Below, piece by piece: positions 1-9,352 of a DNA stretch of 24,871 nucleotides. Source of the stretch: a virus (lineage: Duplodnaviria > Caudoviricetes); the IMG/VR virus record IMGVR_UViG_3300042310_000306, positions 1 through 24,871 of that record; one strand, 5' to 3'. The position numbers were made by a program, and so were the translations under genes. The notes beneath the pieces were generated by a model that saw nothing but the letters and a program-made list of their open reading frames with translations, was not told where the DNA came from and did no database searches. How positions within the stretch are numbered: position 1 is the stretch's first letter; each line of letters opens with the position of its first letter.

Positions 1-959
1 TTCACGGAGTAAAGGACTTCTACCATAAAGGCCAACATATTGGGGGGATATATCATTTTCTTAACACTATTAGTAAATTTATTGAGAGACATAACCTTGA
101 TAAGGTAGTGGTTTTCTGGGATGCTGAGAACAACTCTTCCGTTAGGAAATCACTATACCCCCAATATAAAGAACACAGACCTGAACCTGACGAGTTAAAG
201 GAAAATTCGTTTAACTACCAAAAACAACGTGTTAAGCAATATCTTGAGGAGATGTTTGTTCGTCAAGTTGAGATGAATGATAATGAGTCAGATGACTTAA
301 TCGCTTATTATTGTCAAATATCGCCTGATGAAAATAAAGTAATTTTTTCATCAGATCGGGACTTAACACAACTGATATCTGAAAATATTTGTGTATATTC
401 GCCTTCCACAAAGAAGATACACAAGTTCGGAGATATGATTAAAAATAAAGACATAGAGTTCCCCCATTATAATATCAAAACCTGTAAAATATTAACAGGA
501 GATTCTTCGGATAATATTGATGGTATATTCTACCTCGGCGAGAAAACATTAGTTAAATTATTTCCTGAGATACTTGAAAATCCAACTTCCTTTACCGATA
601 TTTTGGAAAAGGCTGAAAAGCTTTTAACCGAAGATAAGGACAACGCAGTTTTAAAAAACCTATTAAGTGGTAGAACGAAAAGAGGAATTTATGGTAACGA
701 ATACTTCCAAGTCAATGAAAAGATAATAGACCTATCTAAACCCCTCATTACTGACGAGGGAAAGACGATCGTAGAGGAATTCTATAGAGAGTCGTTAGAC
801 CCCGACGGAAGGGGTTACAAGAACTTAATCAAGATGATGAATAATGATGGTATATTTAAATACCTACCAAAGAAAGACGACGCTTGGGTTGAGTTCCTAA
901 GACCAATAATGAAACTAACGAGAAAAGAAAAACAAAAATTTAAAAACGAAAAAAAATAG
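1..959 (+). CDS. 5'-3' exonuclease / flap endonuclease (PolA N-terminal, T4 RNase H / T5 exonuclease family), 5'-partial
   Basis: The frame is open from nt 3 (HGVKDFYHKGQHIGGIYHFLNTISKFIERHNLDKVVVFWD), so the true start lies upstream of the window rather than at 108. Family motifs are present: VFWD, R..LYPQYK..R, ESDDLIA, SSDRDLTQL, and the H3TH motif LTGDSSDNIDGI..LGEKT. No polymerase domain follows. Confidence 0.92.
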   Translation, partial: HGVKDFYHKGQHIGGIYHFLNTISKFIERHNLDKVVVFWDAENNSSVRKSLYPQYKEHRPEPDELKENSFNYQKQRVKQYLEEMFVRQVEMNDNESDDLIAYYCQISPDENKVIFSSDRDLTQLISENICVYSPSTKKIHKFGDMIKNKDIEFPHYNIKTCKILTGDSSDNIDGIFYLGEKTLVKLFPEILENPTSFTDILEKAEKLLTEDKDNAVLKNLLSGRTKRGIYGNEYFQVNEKIIDLSKPLITDEGKTIVEEFYRESLDPDGRGYKNLIKMMNNDGIFKYLPKKDDAWVEFLRPIMKLTRKEKQKFKNEKK

Positions 960-960
960 T

Positions 961-1650
961 ATGACAGAATTTGAAAAATACGCAATTAAAGGTAAAGGTA
1001 TCGGTTCAAACACATTACACCAATACCAAAACTTCCAATCGGCGGTTAAAAGTAGTATGACTCCATATGTTTTGGAGGAACGAGAATTACGAGCAACACA
1101 AATTGATATTTTCTCTCGTCTCTTAATGGACCGAATACTTTGGGTGGCCGGAGCTGTTAATGACCATATGTCAACAATTGTTCAAGCGCAACTTTTATTC
1201 TTAGACCAACAAGACCCAAGGAAACCAATTACGATGCACATTGACTCTCCTGGTGGGTCTGTTAAAGCGGGATTGAGTATGGTTGACGTTATGGAATATA
1301 TCACCGCACCGATTGCGACAATCAACACAGGAATGGCGGCATCGATGGGTTCGGTATTGTTGGGAGCGGGAACAAAGGGTATGAGATCATCATTAAGATT
1401 CTCACGAACTATGTTACACCAATCAAGTGGTGGGTTGGAAGGTAATATCCAAGATGCTCGTATCTCAATGGTTGAGTGGGAAAAAACAAACAACATCCTT
1501 TTTGAACTTTTGGGTGGGTATTGCGGTAAAGATGCGAAACAAGTAATGGAAGATGCGAGTCGTGACCTGTGGTTATCGGCGGAAGAAAGTTTAGCATACG
1601 GAATAATTGATGAAATAGTAAAACCAAAAACAAAAACAAATATTAAATAA
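961..1650 (+). CDS. clpP: ATP-dependent Clp protease proteolytic subunit (peptidase S14)
   Basis: DIFSRLLMDRI, IVQAQLLFL, IDSPGGSV, catalytic Ser in GMAASMGS, His in MLHQ, Asp in RDLWLSAEESLAYGIIDEI. The triad is intact. Confidence 0.96.
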   Translation: MTEFEKYAIKGKGIGSNTLHQYQNFQSAVKSSMTPYVLEERELRATQIDIFSRLLMDRILWVAGAVNDHMSTIVQAQLLFLDQQDPRKPITMHIDSPGGSVKAGLSMVDVMEYITAPIATINTGMAASMGSVLLGAGTKGMRSSLRFSRTMLHQSSGGLEGNIQDARISMVEWEKTNNILFELLGGYCGKDAKQVMEDASRDLWLSAEESLAYGIIDEIVKPKTKTNIK

Positions 1651-1658
1651 ATTAAATT

Positions 1659-2111
1659 ATGAAAGATCAAGAATCAACCAAACTGGAATTCATTCTTAAA
1701 GTGAATGAGAACATCATCGTACAACGATTTTTTAATGTCAGAGGGTATAACCCCAATGCAAAGAGCTCTGTCGAGTTGCATGAATACATTAGCGACTTCG
1801 TTATTGAATTTAAAGACAGATTGAGAACTAAATCCGTTGTGTATATGATGGAGAATCAGTTTGAAATTTATGAGAACCCAATGGTTATGGAAACATCAAT
1901 CACTGACGGACCTGAGAAATTCACACTAACGATTAAAAATGGCGATACCGTTATGTATAATCGCGAGATTAATGCGAAGGTTTATCCCCCAAAAGTAAGA
2001 TATACGGTAGATGTTCGCCCCCAATTAAAGGAGTTATTGACCTCCCTAACCGAGATTTTTTCGGAAAAAAAATTAACTTATGAATATATGAATTATAACT
2101 TAGTGGGGTAA
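1659..2111 (+). CDS. Hypothetical protein (150 aa) in the replication module
   Basis: ORF fills the space between clpP and the helicase with an 8-nt upstream gap and an AT-rich start context like its neighbours. No recognised motif. Confidence 0.8.
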   Translation: MKDQESTKLEFILKVNENIIVQRFFNVRGYNPNAKSSVELHEYISDFVIEFKDRLRTKSVVYMMENQFEIYENPMVMETSITDGPEKFTLTIKNGDTVMYNREINAKVYPPKVRYTVDVRPQLKELLTSLTEIFSEKKLTYEYMNYNLVG

Positions 2112-2122
2112 TATTTATTCAA
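2112..2122 (+). promoter_or_regulatory. Candidate phage promoter motif TATTTATTCAA upstream of the helicase
   Basis: The same 11-mer occurs at 9332-9342. The TATTTAT core is in all four intergenic gaps longer than 20 nt. Function is inferred. Confidence 0.5.
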
Positions 2123-2140
2123 TACATTAACAAATTAATT

Positions 2141-3517
2141 ATGGCGACAGAGAAAAATTTTGATTATTTAGGACAATCATTTCAGATACAATTACTAAAT
2201 CAGATTGTGGTTGATAAGCTATTCGCCCATTCAATTATTGATGTAATAGAACCCAACTATTTTGAGAATAAATACTTTAAAATCATCATACAGATGGTCA
2301 AGGAGTACTATTCAAAATATCAGAACACCCCTTCATTTGAGACATTAAACCAAATTACACGATCAGAACTACCCCAAGAGGTGGTCGCCAAGGTTGTAAT
2401 AGACACGATTAAAAAAGTCCAAGATGCTCCATTTGAGGGCGGTGATTTCGTTCAAGAGAAAGCCTTAAAATTCTGTAAACAACAGGAGGTACAAAAGGCT
2501 ATGGTTAAGGCACAAAAGATAATTGATGGGGGTGAATTTGAGAGTTATGATTCCATTGAAGAATTGTTCAGAGGAGCTCTACAAGTTGGCGAAGTTGAGG
2601 GGGGTGTTATGGATGTATTCTCTAATTTAGATGATGTTCTAAATGAGGATTACAGACACCCAATCCCTATGGGAATACCAGGAATTGACAAACTACTAAA
2701 AGGTGGATTAGCACGAGGTGAGATCGGTGTAATCTTAGCACCAACAGGGGTAGGTAAGAGTACTTTACTTACAAAGATTGCTAATCATGCGTTCAATTTA
2801 GGTAACAATGTTTTACAAATATTTTTTGAGGACAATCCAAAAATTATCCAAAGAAAGCATTTTACACTATGGACTAAGATTCACCCTGATGATTTATCAC
2901 TTAGAAAAGAAGAGGTAATCACTAAGGTTAGAGAAATTGAGAATAATATGTCTAACCAATTGATTCTACAAAAAGAATCATCAGATTCACTAACAATGAA
3001 TCAGATTAAAAACAGAGTTAGAAAAATGATTGCTGACGGACAAAAGATTGATATGATATTATTAGATTATATTGATTGTGTTTTACCTGAAAACAATTCA
3101 CACCAAGATGAATGGAAAAGTGAGGGATCTGTAATGAGGGGATTTGAATCAATGTGTCACGAGTTGGACTTAGTTGGTTGGACAGCAACACAAGGTAATC
3201 GTTCATCAATTTCATCTGAAGTTGTTACGACAGACCAAATGGGTGGGTCAATTAAAAAGGCACAAGTTGGTCACGTTATTATATCGGTGGCTAAGTCACT
3301 AACACAAAAAGAGATGAAATTGGCAACAATTGCAATTACAAAATCAAGAATTGGGGATGATGGAATCATCTTTGAAAATTGTAAGTTTGATAATGGTATG
3401 TTGGAAATTGATACTGAAAGTTCCGTTACATTCTTAGGACACGAAGAACAGAAAGAAGAAAACAATAGAAAAAGGATTAATGAGTTAATGGATAAAAGAA
3501 AACAAAAAGTAAATTAA
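2141..3517 (+). CDS. Replicative DNA helicase, SF4 (DnaB / T4 gp41-like)
   Basis: [20 protein letters not shown] followed by Walker [13 protein letters not shown], Walker [16 protein letters not shown] and ITKSR. It has an N-terminal helical region and no primase domain. Confidence 0.92.
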   Translation: MATEKNFDYLGQSFQIQLLNQIVVDKLFAHSIIDVIEPNYFENKYFKIIIQMVKEYYSKYQNTPSFETLNQITRSELPQEVVAKVVIDTIKKVQDAPFEGGDFVQEKALKFCKQQEVQKAMVKAQKIIDGGEFESYDSIEELFRGALQVGEVEGGVMDVFSNLDDVLNEDYRHPIPMGIPGIDKLLKGGLARGEIGVILAPTGVGKSTLLTKIANHAFNLGNNVLQIFFEDNPKIIQRKHFTLWTKIHPDDLSLRKEEVITKVREIENNMSNQLILQKESSDSLTMNQIKNRVRKMIADGQKIDMILLDYIDCVLPENNSHQDEWKSEGSVMRGFESMCHELDLVGWTATQGNRSSISSEVVTTDQMGGSIKKAQVGHVIISVAKSLTQKEMKLATIAITKSRIGDDGIIFENCKFDNGMLEIDTESSVTFLGHEEQKEENNRKRINELMDKRKQKVN

Positions 3518-3519
3518 TT

Positions 3520-4467
3520 ATGGAAAAAATATTACAACCAAACCCGCACCGATTTGTTATTTTCCCAATTGAACACGATGATATTTGGGAATTTTACAAA
3601 CAACACCAAGCGGCTATTTGGACGGCAGAGGAAATTGATTTGAGTGGTGATATCCGTGATTGGGAATCATTATCGGATAACGAAAAATACTTTATAAAAA
3701 ACATATTATCGTTTTTCGCGGCTTCTGATGGTATCGTTAATGAAAACTTGGCTGAAAACTTCTACAGAGAGGTTCAATACCCCGAAGCAAAATTCTTTTA
3801 CGGGATGCAGTTGGCGATGGAGAACATACACTCACTAATGTATTCGTTATTAATTGATACATACATCTCAAATCACGATGAAAAACTTGAATGTTTTAGA
3901 GCGATTGAGACTCTACCCGCTGTTCAGAAAAAAGCTAAATGGGCTTTAGATTGGATCAACAACGCATCTTTCCAAGAAAGATTGATAGCGTTCGCCGCGG
4001 TTGAGGGTATATTTTTCTCAGGTTCGTTTTGTTCTATATTTTGGATGAAATCAAGAGGTATTATGCAGGGGTTATGTAACGCAAACGCCTTGATTTTTAA
4101 GGATGAGAACCTACATTGTGATTTCGCAATCCATTTGTTCAACAGACACATTGATAATAAAATATCCGAAAAACGAATTAAAGAGATCTTATTATCGGCG
4201 CTTGAAATTGAGAAAGAATTCATCACAGAATCATTACCTGTGTCATTAATTGGTATGAATCAAAACTTAATGAAACAATATTTGGAGTTTGTTGTGGATC
4301 AATTATTAATGAAACTTGGCTGTAAAAAACATTTTAATGTGGAACAACCATTCAAGTTTATGGAGCAAATTGCTGTGGAAACAAAAGGTAATTTCTTTGA
4401 AAGTAGAACTATTGAGTATCAAAAGGCGAAATTAAACGAAGCTATCTCATTTGATGAGGATTTTTAA
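3520..4467 (+). CDS. nrdB: Ribonucleotide reductase class Ia beta (R2) subunit
   Basis: [29 protein letters not shown] (ExxH plus radical Tyr), [26 protein letters not shown] and C-terminal FDEDF. The di-iron ligands are intact. Confidence 0.97.
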   Translation: MEKILQPNPHRFVIFPIEHDDIWEFYKQHQAAIWTAEEIDLSGDIRDWESLSDNEKYFIKNILSFFAASDGIVNENLAENFYREVQYPEAKFFYGMQLAMENIHSLMYSLLIDTYISNHDEKLECFRAIETLPAVQKKAKWALDWINNASFQERLIAFAAVEGIFFSGSFCSIFWMKSRGIMQGLCNANALIFKDENLHCDFAIHLFNRHIDNKISEKRIKEILLSALEIEKEFITESLPVSLIGMNQNLMKQYLEFVVDQLLMKLGCKKHFNVEQPFKFMEQIAVETKGNFFESRTIEYQKAKLNEAISFDEDF

Positions 4468-4478
4468 AAAATAAAACT

Positions 4479-6893
4479 ATGTCACTAACAATTATCAAGA
4501 AAGACGGAGAGGAAACATCATTTAACCCCTCAAAAATATACAACAGGATTAAGAAAGCATCTAAATCTTTAAATGTTAATTCTGATGAAATCTTTATTAA
4601 GGTCATAACCTCCGTTCCGACGGAGGGTAGGATCACCACTAAGGAATTGGATAAATTAATATACGAGATTTCGGCATCATACACTGGTAGTCACTACGAC
4701 TATAGTAGGTTGGCGGCGAGTATTGCAATTTCTTTACACCATAAAGAAACTGATGCTAGTTTTTGTAACACAATGCACACATTACACGTAGATGGTATCG
4801 TAAGTGATAAACTTATGGAAATCATTGAGAGTTACGGACCATCAAACATTGATGAGGTTATTAACCACGACAATGACCATAACTTTGACTATTTTGGTTG
4901 GAGATCACTACAGGAAATGTATCTTTTGAAGAGTTCTGAAGGTGTTGTATTGGAGAGACCCCAACATATGTATATGAGAGTTGCTCTATGGGTTACAAAA
5001 TCTTTTGAGGAAGCGGTTAATTACTACTTTTCTTTATCCACACAACTAATATCACCGGCAACGCCTATTATGATTAATTCGGGCACCATTGTTCCCCAAC
5101 TAGCATCTTGCGTATTACACTATAACAATAGTGATTCAAGAGCTGGATTATTGGATACTTTAACCGACATCTCAACATATTCATCTGACGCAGCCGGAAT
5201 TGGTTTATCTATGAGTAATATCCGATCTAAAGAGAGTAGAATTTCATCATCAGGTGGATTCGCAGGTGGATTACTTAAATACCTTAAAATTGTTAATGAG
5301 TCATTGAGATTTTTTAACCAACAAGGAAGACGACCTGGAAGTGCTGCGATATACATTGAACCTTGGCATAAAGACATCTTTGACCTATTAGACATTAAGA
5401 AAAACACAGGTCAAGAAGAACTAAGAGCGAGAGATTTATTCACCGCGCTTTGGATACCTGATAACTTTATGAGAGCGGTTAGAGAGAGTTCCGATTGGTA
5501 TCTATTTTGTCCAAACGACATCAAAAGAGCGGGTATTAAGGCTCTACAAGAGTGTTATGGTGAAGAATATGAGGAGAACTATAACAAGGCAGTTAAAATG
5601 GGGTTAGGTAAGAAAGTTACCGCTCAGAGTATTTGGTATAAGATTATTGAATCTCAGATTGAGACAGGAGTTCCTTACCTATGTTCAAAAGATAATGCGA
5701 ACAGAAAGACGAACCATCAGAATATTGGGGTTATTAAACAATCCAATCTATGTAACGAGATTTATCAATACACTGACGAAGAAACTACCGCAATTTGTAC
5801 CCTGTCCTCAATGATTCTAAAGAACTTCATTATTGATGGTAAATTTAACTTTGAATTGTTATTTAATGAAACAAGAAAAGTTGTTAGAGCACTTAATAAG
5901 GTTATTGATATTAATCACTACTCAACTGAAAAGGGATTAAAGGGTGGTATGGAACAAAGAGCCATTGCCATCGGAACTCAAGGACTCGCTGACGTATTTT
6001 TTCTAATGGATTATGTTTTTACATCTGACGAAGCTAAAAAATTAAACAAACAGATATTTGAAACAATTTATTACGGGGCGGTTTATGAAAGTAATAATCT
6101 TTGTAAGACTGGTGAGTATCAACCATACAAATATTTTGACGGGTCACCAATGTCAAAAGGAATTTTCCAATTTGATATGTGGGGATTAACTAACGAAGAT
6201 GTATCAGGATTGTGGGATTGGGATTCACTAAAAGAGGATGTTAAAACATATGGAGTTTGTAATAGTTTAACTACCGCACAAATGCCAGTGGCGTCATCGG
6301 CAAAAATCACAGGTTCATTTGAAATGACAGAACCAGCTCACTCGGCGTTATTTAACCGTAGAGTTGTTGGCGGTGAGATTATGATTGTTAATAAGTATTT
6401 AATCAATGACTTTGAGAAGATGGGTATTTGGAACGAATCGGTTAAACACGAAATCATTATGAACGAGGGGTCAATTCAAAACATTAACTTTAATAAGTAT
6501 TTGGATCCTGAAGATAAGAATTATGTTAAAAAGGTTAAACGAGTTGAGTATCTACTTAAGAAATACAAAACAATTTGGGAGATATCACAAAGAGAATTAA
6601 TTGATATGTCAGCGGATAGAGCTCCGTTCATTGACCAATCACAATCAATGAATATCTACTTGGCTAACCCAACGGTATCTAAAATTACAACATCACACTT
6701 TCACGGGTGGGATAAAGGATTAAAGACACTTTGTTATTATGTAAGAACAAAGGCAATATCAACGGGAGCAAAACACTTGGCTGTGGATGTTAGTCAAACT
6801 AATCAACCATTACCTGAGATTGATTACACTAAAATGAATTTACCACCAAAACCTGATAGTAGTTTAGTTGATTGTTTTGGGTGTTCATCCTAA
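4479..6893 (+). CDS. nrdA: Ribonucleotide reductase class Ia alpha (R1) subunit with N-terminal ATP cone
   Basis: IIKKDG...F..SKI..RI ATP-cone start, ERPQHMYMRVA, SPATP, QLASC, QQGRRPG, active-site SNLCNEI, AIC, IDQSQSMN, GLKTLCYYVRT Tyr pair and C-terminal CxxC (CFGC). Confidence 0.97.
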   Translation: MSLTIIKKDGEETSFNPSKIYNRIKKASKSLNVNSDEIFIKVITSVPTEGRITTKELDKLIYEISASYTGSHYDYSRLAASIAISLHHKETDASFCNTMHTLHVDGIVSDKLMEIIESYGPSNIDEVINHDNDHNFDYFGWRSLQEMYLLKSSEGVVLERPQHMYMRVALWVTKSFEEAVNYYFSLSTQLISPATPIMINSGTIVPQLASCVLHYNNSDSRAGLLDTLTDISTYSSDAAGIGLSMSNIRSKESRISSSGGFAGGLLKYLKIVNESLRFFNQQGRRPGSAAIYIEPWHKDIFDLLDIKKNTGQEELRARDLFTALWIPDNFMRAVRESSDWYLFCPNDIKRAGIKALQECYGEEYEENYNKAVKMGLGKKVTAQSIWYKIIESQIETGVPYLCSKDNANRKTNHQNIGVIKQSNLCNEIYQYTDEETTAICTLSSMILKNFIIDGKFNFELLFNETRKVVRALNKVIDINHYSTEKGLKGGMEQRAIAIGTQGLADVFFLMDYVFTSDEAKKLNKQIFETIYYGAVYESNNLCKTGEYQPYKYFDGSPMSKGIFQFDMWGLTNEDVSGLWDWDSLKEDVKTYGVCNSLTTAQMPVASSAKITGSFEMTEPAHSALFNRRVVGGEIMIVNKYLINDFEKMGIWNESVKHEIIMNEGSIQNINFNKYLDPEDKNYVKKVKRVEYLLKKYKTIWEISQRELIDMSADRAPFIDQSQSMNIYLANPTVSKITTSHFHGWDKGLKTLCYYVRTKAISTGAKHLAVDVSQTNQPLPEIDYTKMNLPPKPDSSLVDCFGCSS

Positions 6894-6901
6894 TCACATT
6901 T

Positions 6902-6934
6902 AAAATCACGACAATTCGTCGTGATTTTTTATTT
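6902..6934 (+). terminator. Rho-independent terminator after nrdA
   Basis: Perfect 11-bp inverted repeat AAAATCACGAC (6902-6912) / GTCGTGATTTT (6918-6928) with a 5-nt loop AATTC, running into TTTTTTATTTT. It starts 8 nt after the nrdA stop, at the module boundary. Confidence 0.85.
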
Positions 6935-6966
6935 TACACCTATTTAAACAAAAATTAGCAGCACTA

Positions 6967-6974
6967 TATTTATA
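6967..6974 (+). promoter_or_regulatory. Candidate phage late promoter motif TATTTATA upstream of the baseplate module
   Basis: Lies downstream of the terminator and just before the gp25-like ATG. TATTTATAGATATG matches TATTTATAAATATG at 18272-18285 at 13 of 14 positions. Confidence 0.55.
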
Positions 6975-6977
6975 GAT

Positions 6978-7436
6978 ATGGCAAACGGCGTTACATATGG
7001 AATAAATTTCCCATTTAGGGATTCATTTGACGGTAGGTTCTTGGATTTATCATCAACCATTGAGGAAGAAATTAGAACCGACCTTATACATCTGTTATTA
7101 ACAAGAAAGGGAACAAGATATTTTTTACCTGACTTCGGTACCAGATTACTTGAATACATATTTGAACCATTGGATGGTCCATCATTCTCTGCGGTGGAAT
7201 CTGAAATAAGGGATTCTGTCGCTAAGTACATACCTAATTTGGTTATAACTAACATTGCTGTTTATGATGCGTCGACTGAAGATGAAGATCCAAATGTTAC
7301 CGTAATAAGTGGTGATGAGAGGGTTTTTAGACTTCCAGGTGTCGGAACAAAAGAACATACTGCTAAAGTCAGACTAGATTATAAAATTACATCTAATGTA
7401 TTTGAATCAAGTGATTTTATAATAATTAATATTTAA
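6978..7436 (+). CDS. Baseplate wedge / sheath-initiator protein, GPW/gp25 family
   Basis: GINFPF start, IRTDLIHLLLTRKGTRYFLPDFGTRLLEYIFEP (the LLT..GER...P.FG..L...FEP pattern), and size and position typical of gp25. Confidence 0.9.
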   Translation: MANGVTYGINFPFRDSFDGRFLDLSSTIEEEIRTDLIHLLLTRKGTRYFLPDFGTRLLEYIFEPLDGPSFSAVESEIRDSVAKYIPNLVITNIAVYDASTEDEDPNVTVISGDERVFRLPGVGTKEHTAKVRLDYKITSNVFESSDFIIINI

Positions 7437-7442
7437 TAGATT

Positions 7443-9281
7443 ATGGCAAATAAAAAAATATCATATACAACAAGAGATTTTCAGGGAATAAGAACGGAAT
7501 TAATTAATTTTGTTAAAACATATTATCCTGATTTGATGTCTAACGTAAATGACGCTTCGACATTCTCAGTATTACTTGATCTAAACGCCGCAGTATCGGA
7601 CAACTTACAATTCAATATTGATAGAAGTATTCAAGAAACGGTATTACAATATGCCCAACAGAGATCGTCAATATATAATATTGCCAGAACTTATGGGCTT
7701 AAAATCCCCGGACAAAGACCATCAGTTGCGTTGGTTGATTTCTCAATAACGGTTCCCGCTTTTGGGGATAAAGAGGATATTAGATATTGTGGTATATTAA
7801 GAAGAGGATCACAAATAAACGGGGCAGGTCAGATATTTGAAACGGTCTATGACATTGATTTTTCGTCACCATATAATAATGAAGGATTTCCAAATAGAAA
7901 AAAAGTTCCAAACTTTGATGCTAATAATACGATTATTAACTATACGATTACGAAAAGAGAAACAGTGGTTAATGGTATAACCAAAGTTTTTAAAAGAGTT
8001 ATAACATCAAACGATGTAAGGCCATTTTTTGAGTTATTTTTACCTGAAAAAAATGTTTTAGGGGTTACAAGTGTATTATTAAAAGATGGAACACAATACG
8101 CAAACATACCAACTGATAATGAGTTCTTGGGATTAGATAATAGATGGTATGAAGTTGATGCGTTAATACAAGATAAAGTTTTTGTTGAGGATCCAACTAA
8201 AGTATCGGACCGACCTGGTGTAAAGGTGGGTAAATATGTTCCAGCACCTACAAGATTTATAACGGAATTTACACCTGAGAGTTTCTTTAAAATGATATTT
8301 GGTGGGGGTAGTCAATCAGCTGATGAACAATTAAGAGAGTTTGCGGCAACAGGTAATCCTATGAATTTACAAAAATACTCAAACAATTTTGCTTTGGGTA
8401 GTACATTGAAGGCAAATACCACATTATTTGTCCAATACAGAGTCGGAGGTGGTATATCAACTAATTTAGGAGTTAATGTTCTTAATCAATTAGGAACGGT
8501 CTCATTCTTCGTTAATGGCCCATCACAAACACAAAACACAACAGTAATTAATTCGTTAAGTTGTAATAACACAACCGCAGCAATAGGAGGTGCAAATGTA
8601 CCAACAGTTGAGGAAGTTAGAAATTATGTAACATACAATTTCGCAGCGCAGAACAGAGCGGTTACGATTAATGATTATGAATCTTTAATAAGAAAAATGC
8701 CATCACAATTTGGAGCTCCAGCTAAAGTGGCGATTACCGAACAAGAGAATAAAATCAAAATTCAAATATTATCATACGATTCAAGTGGTGGATTAAGTAA
8801 CGTTATCTCAAATACACTTAAAACAAATATTGCTAATTATCTTTCAAACTATCGTATGATTAATGATTATATATCCGTAGAAAGTGCTCAAGTTGTTGAT
8901 CTTAGTATGGATGTATCTGTTGTGTTAGATTCAAGTCAAAATCAAGGTGTGGTTATTTCACAAATAGTTGATATTGTAACTAATTATTTCTCGCCATCAG
9001 TTAGAGAGATGGGTGAGAATGTTTATATATCTGAAATAAGAAGACAAGTACAAAGTTTAAATGGTGTTATTAGTGTGGCGGCAATAGATGTCATAAATGA
9101 GGTTGGAGGCCAGTACTCATCATCACAAACCTCACAAAGATATTCGGATTCAACAACAAGACAGATAGAACTAATTGATGAAACTATATTTGCCGAGCCG
9201 ACACAAATATATCAAGTTAGATATCCGGGTAGAGATGTTAGAGTCAGGGTTAAAAACCTAAAAACGGTTAATTTCACTTGA
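7443..9281 (+). CDS. Baseplate wedge protein, T4 gp6 / baseplate J-like
   Basis: N-terminal RDFQGIRTELINF, AQQRSSIYNIARTYG, FGGG, YRVGGG...N, AIGGA....EEVR and AQNRAVTINDY. It directly follows the gp25-like gene. Confidence 0.88.
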   Translation: MANKKISYTTRDFQGIRTELINFVKTYYPDLMSNVNDASTFSVLLDLNAAVSDNLQFNIDRSIQETVLQYAQQRSSIYNIARTYGLKIPGQRPSVALVDFSITVPAFGDKEDIRYCGILRRGSQINGAGQIFETVYDIDFSSPYNNEGFPNRKKVPNFDANNTIINYTITKRETVVNGITKVFKRVITSNDVRPFFELFLPEKNVLGVTSVLLKDGTQYANIPTDNEFLGLDNRWYEVDALIQDKVFVEDPTKVSDRPGVKVGKYVPAPTRFITEFTPESFFKMIFGGGSQSADEQLREFAATGNPMNLQKYSNNFALGSTLKANTTLFVQYRVGGGISTNLGVNVLNQLGTVSFFVNGPSQTQNTTVINSLSCNNTTAAIGGANVPTVEEVRNYVTYNFAAQNRAVTINDYESLIRKMPSQFGAPAKVAITEQENKIKIQILSYDSSGGLSNVISNTLKTNIANYLSNYRMINDYISVESAQVVDLSMDVSVVLDSSQNQGVVISQIVDIVTNYFSPSVREMGENVYISEIRRQVQSLNGVISVAAIDVINEVGGQYSSSQTSQRYSDSTTRQIELIDETIFAEPTQIYQVRYPGRDVRVRVKNLKTVNFT

Positions 9282-9331
9282 TAATTTATTTTTTTATTAA
9301 ATCAATTATTTTTTGAAAGTAGAATATAAAC

Positions 9332-9342
9332 TATTTATTCAA
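9332..9342 (+). promoter_or_regulatory. Candidate phage promoter motif TATTTATTCAA upstream of the 1711-aa gene
   Basis: Identical to 2112-2122 and located in a 71-nt AT-rich gap, 10 nt before the ATG at 9353. Confidence 0.5.
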
Positions 9343-9352
9343 AAAGTATTAA

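Noticed and set aside
108-110. GTG at 108 as the exonuclease start
   Set aside because: The frame is open back to nt 3 with family-like sequence, so the real start is upstream of the window.
2141-6893. Inteins, group I introns or homing endonucleases in the helicase, nrdB or nrdA
   Set aside because: All three ORFs are continuous and of ordinary length, with conserved motifs at normal spacing and no LAGLIDADG, HNH or intein termini seen.
3520-6893. Eukaryotic or giant-virus origin suggested by the RNR
   Set aside because: Operon-like packing, overlapping genes, an intrinsic terminator, bacterial ClpP and gp25/gp6-like genes indicate a bacteriophage.
9300-9320. Bacteroidota housekeeping promoter element TAnnTTTG
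   Set aside because: The sequence TATTTTTTG (9307-9315) has one base too many between TA and TTTG, and I see no upstream TTTG at the expected distance.
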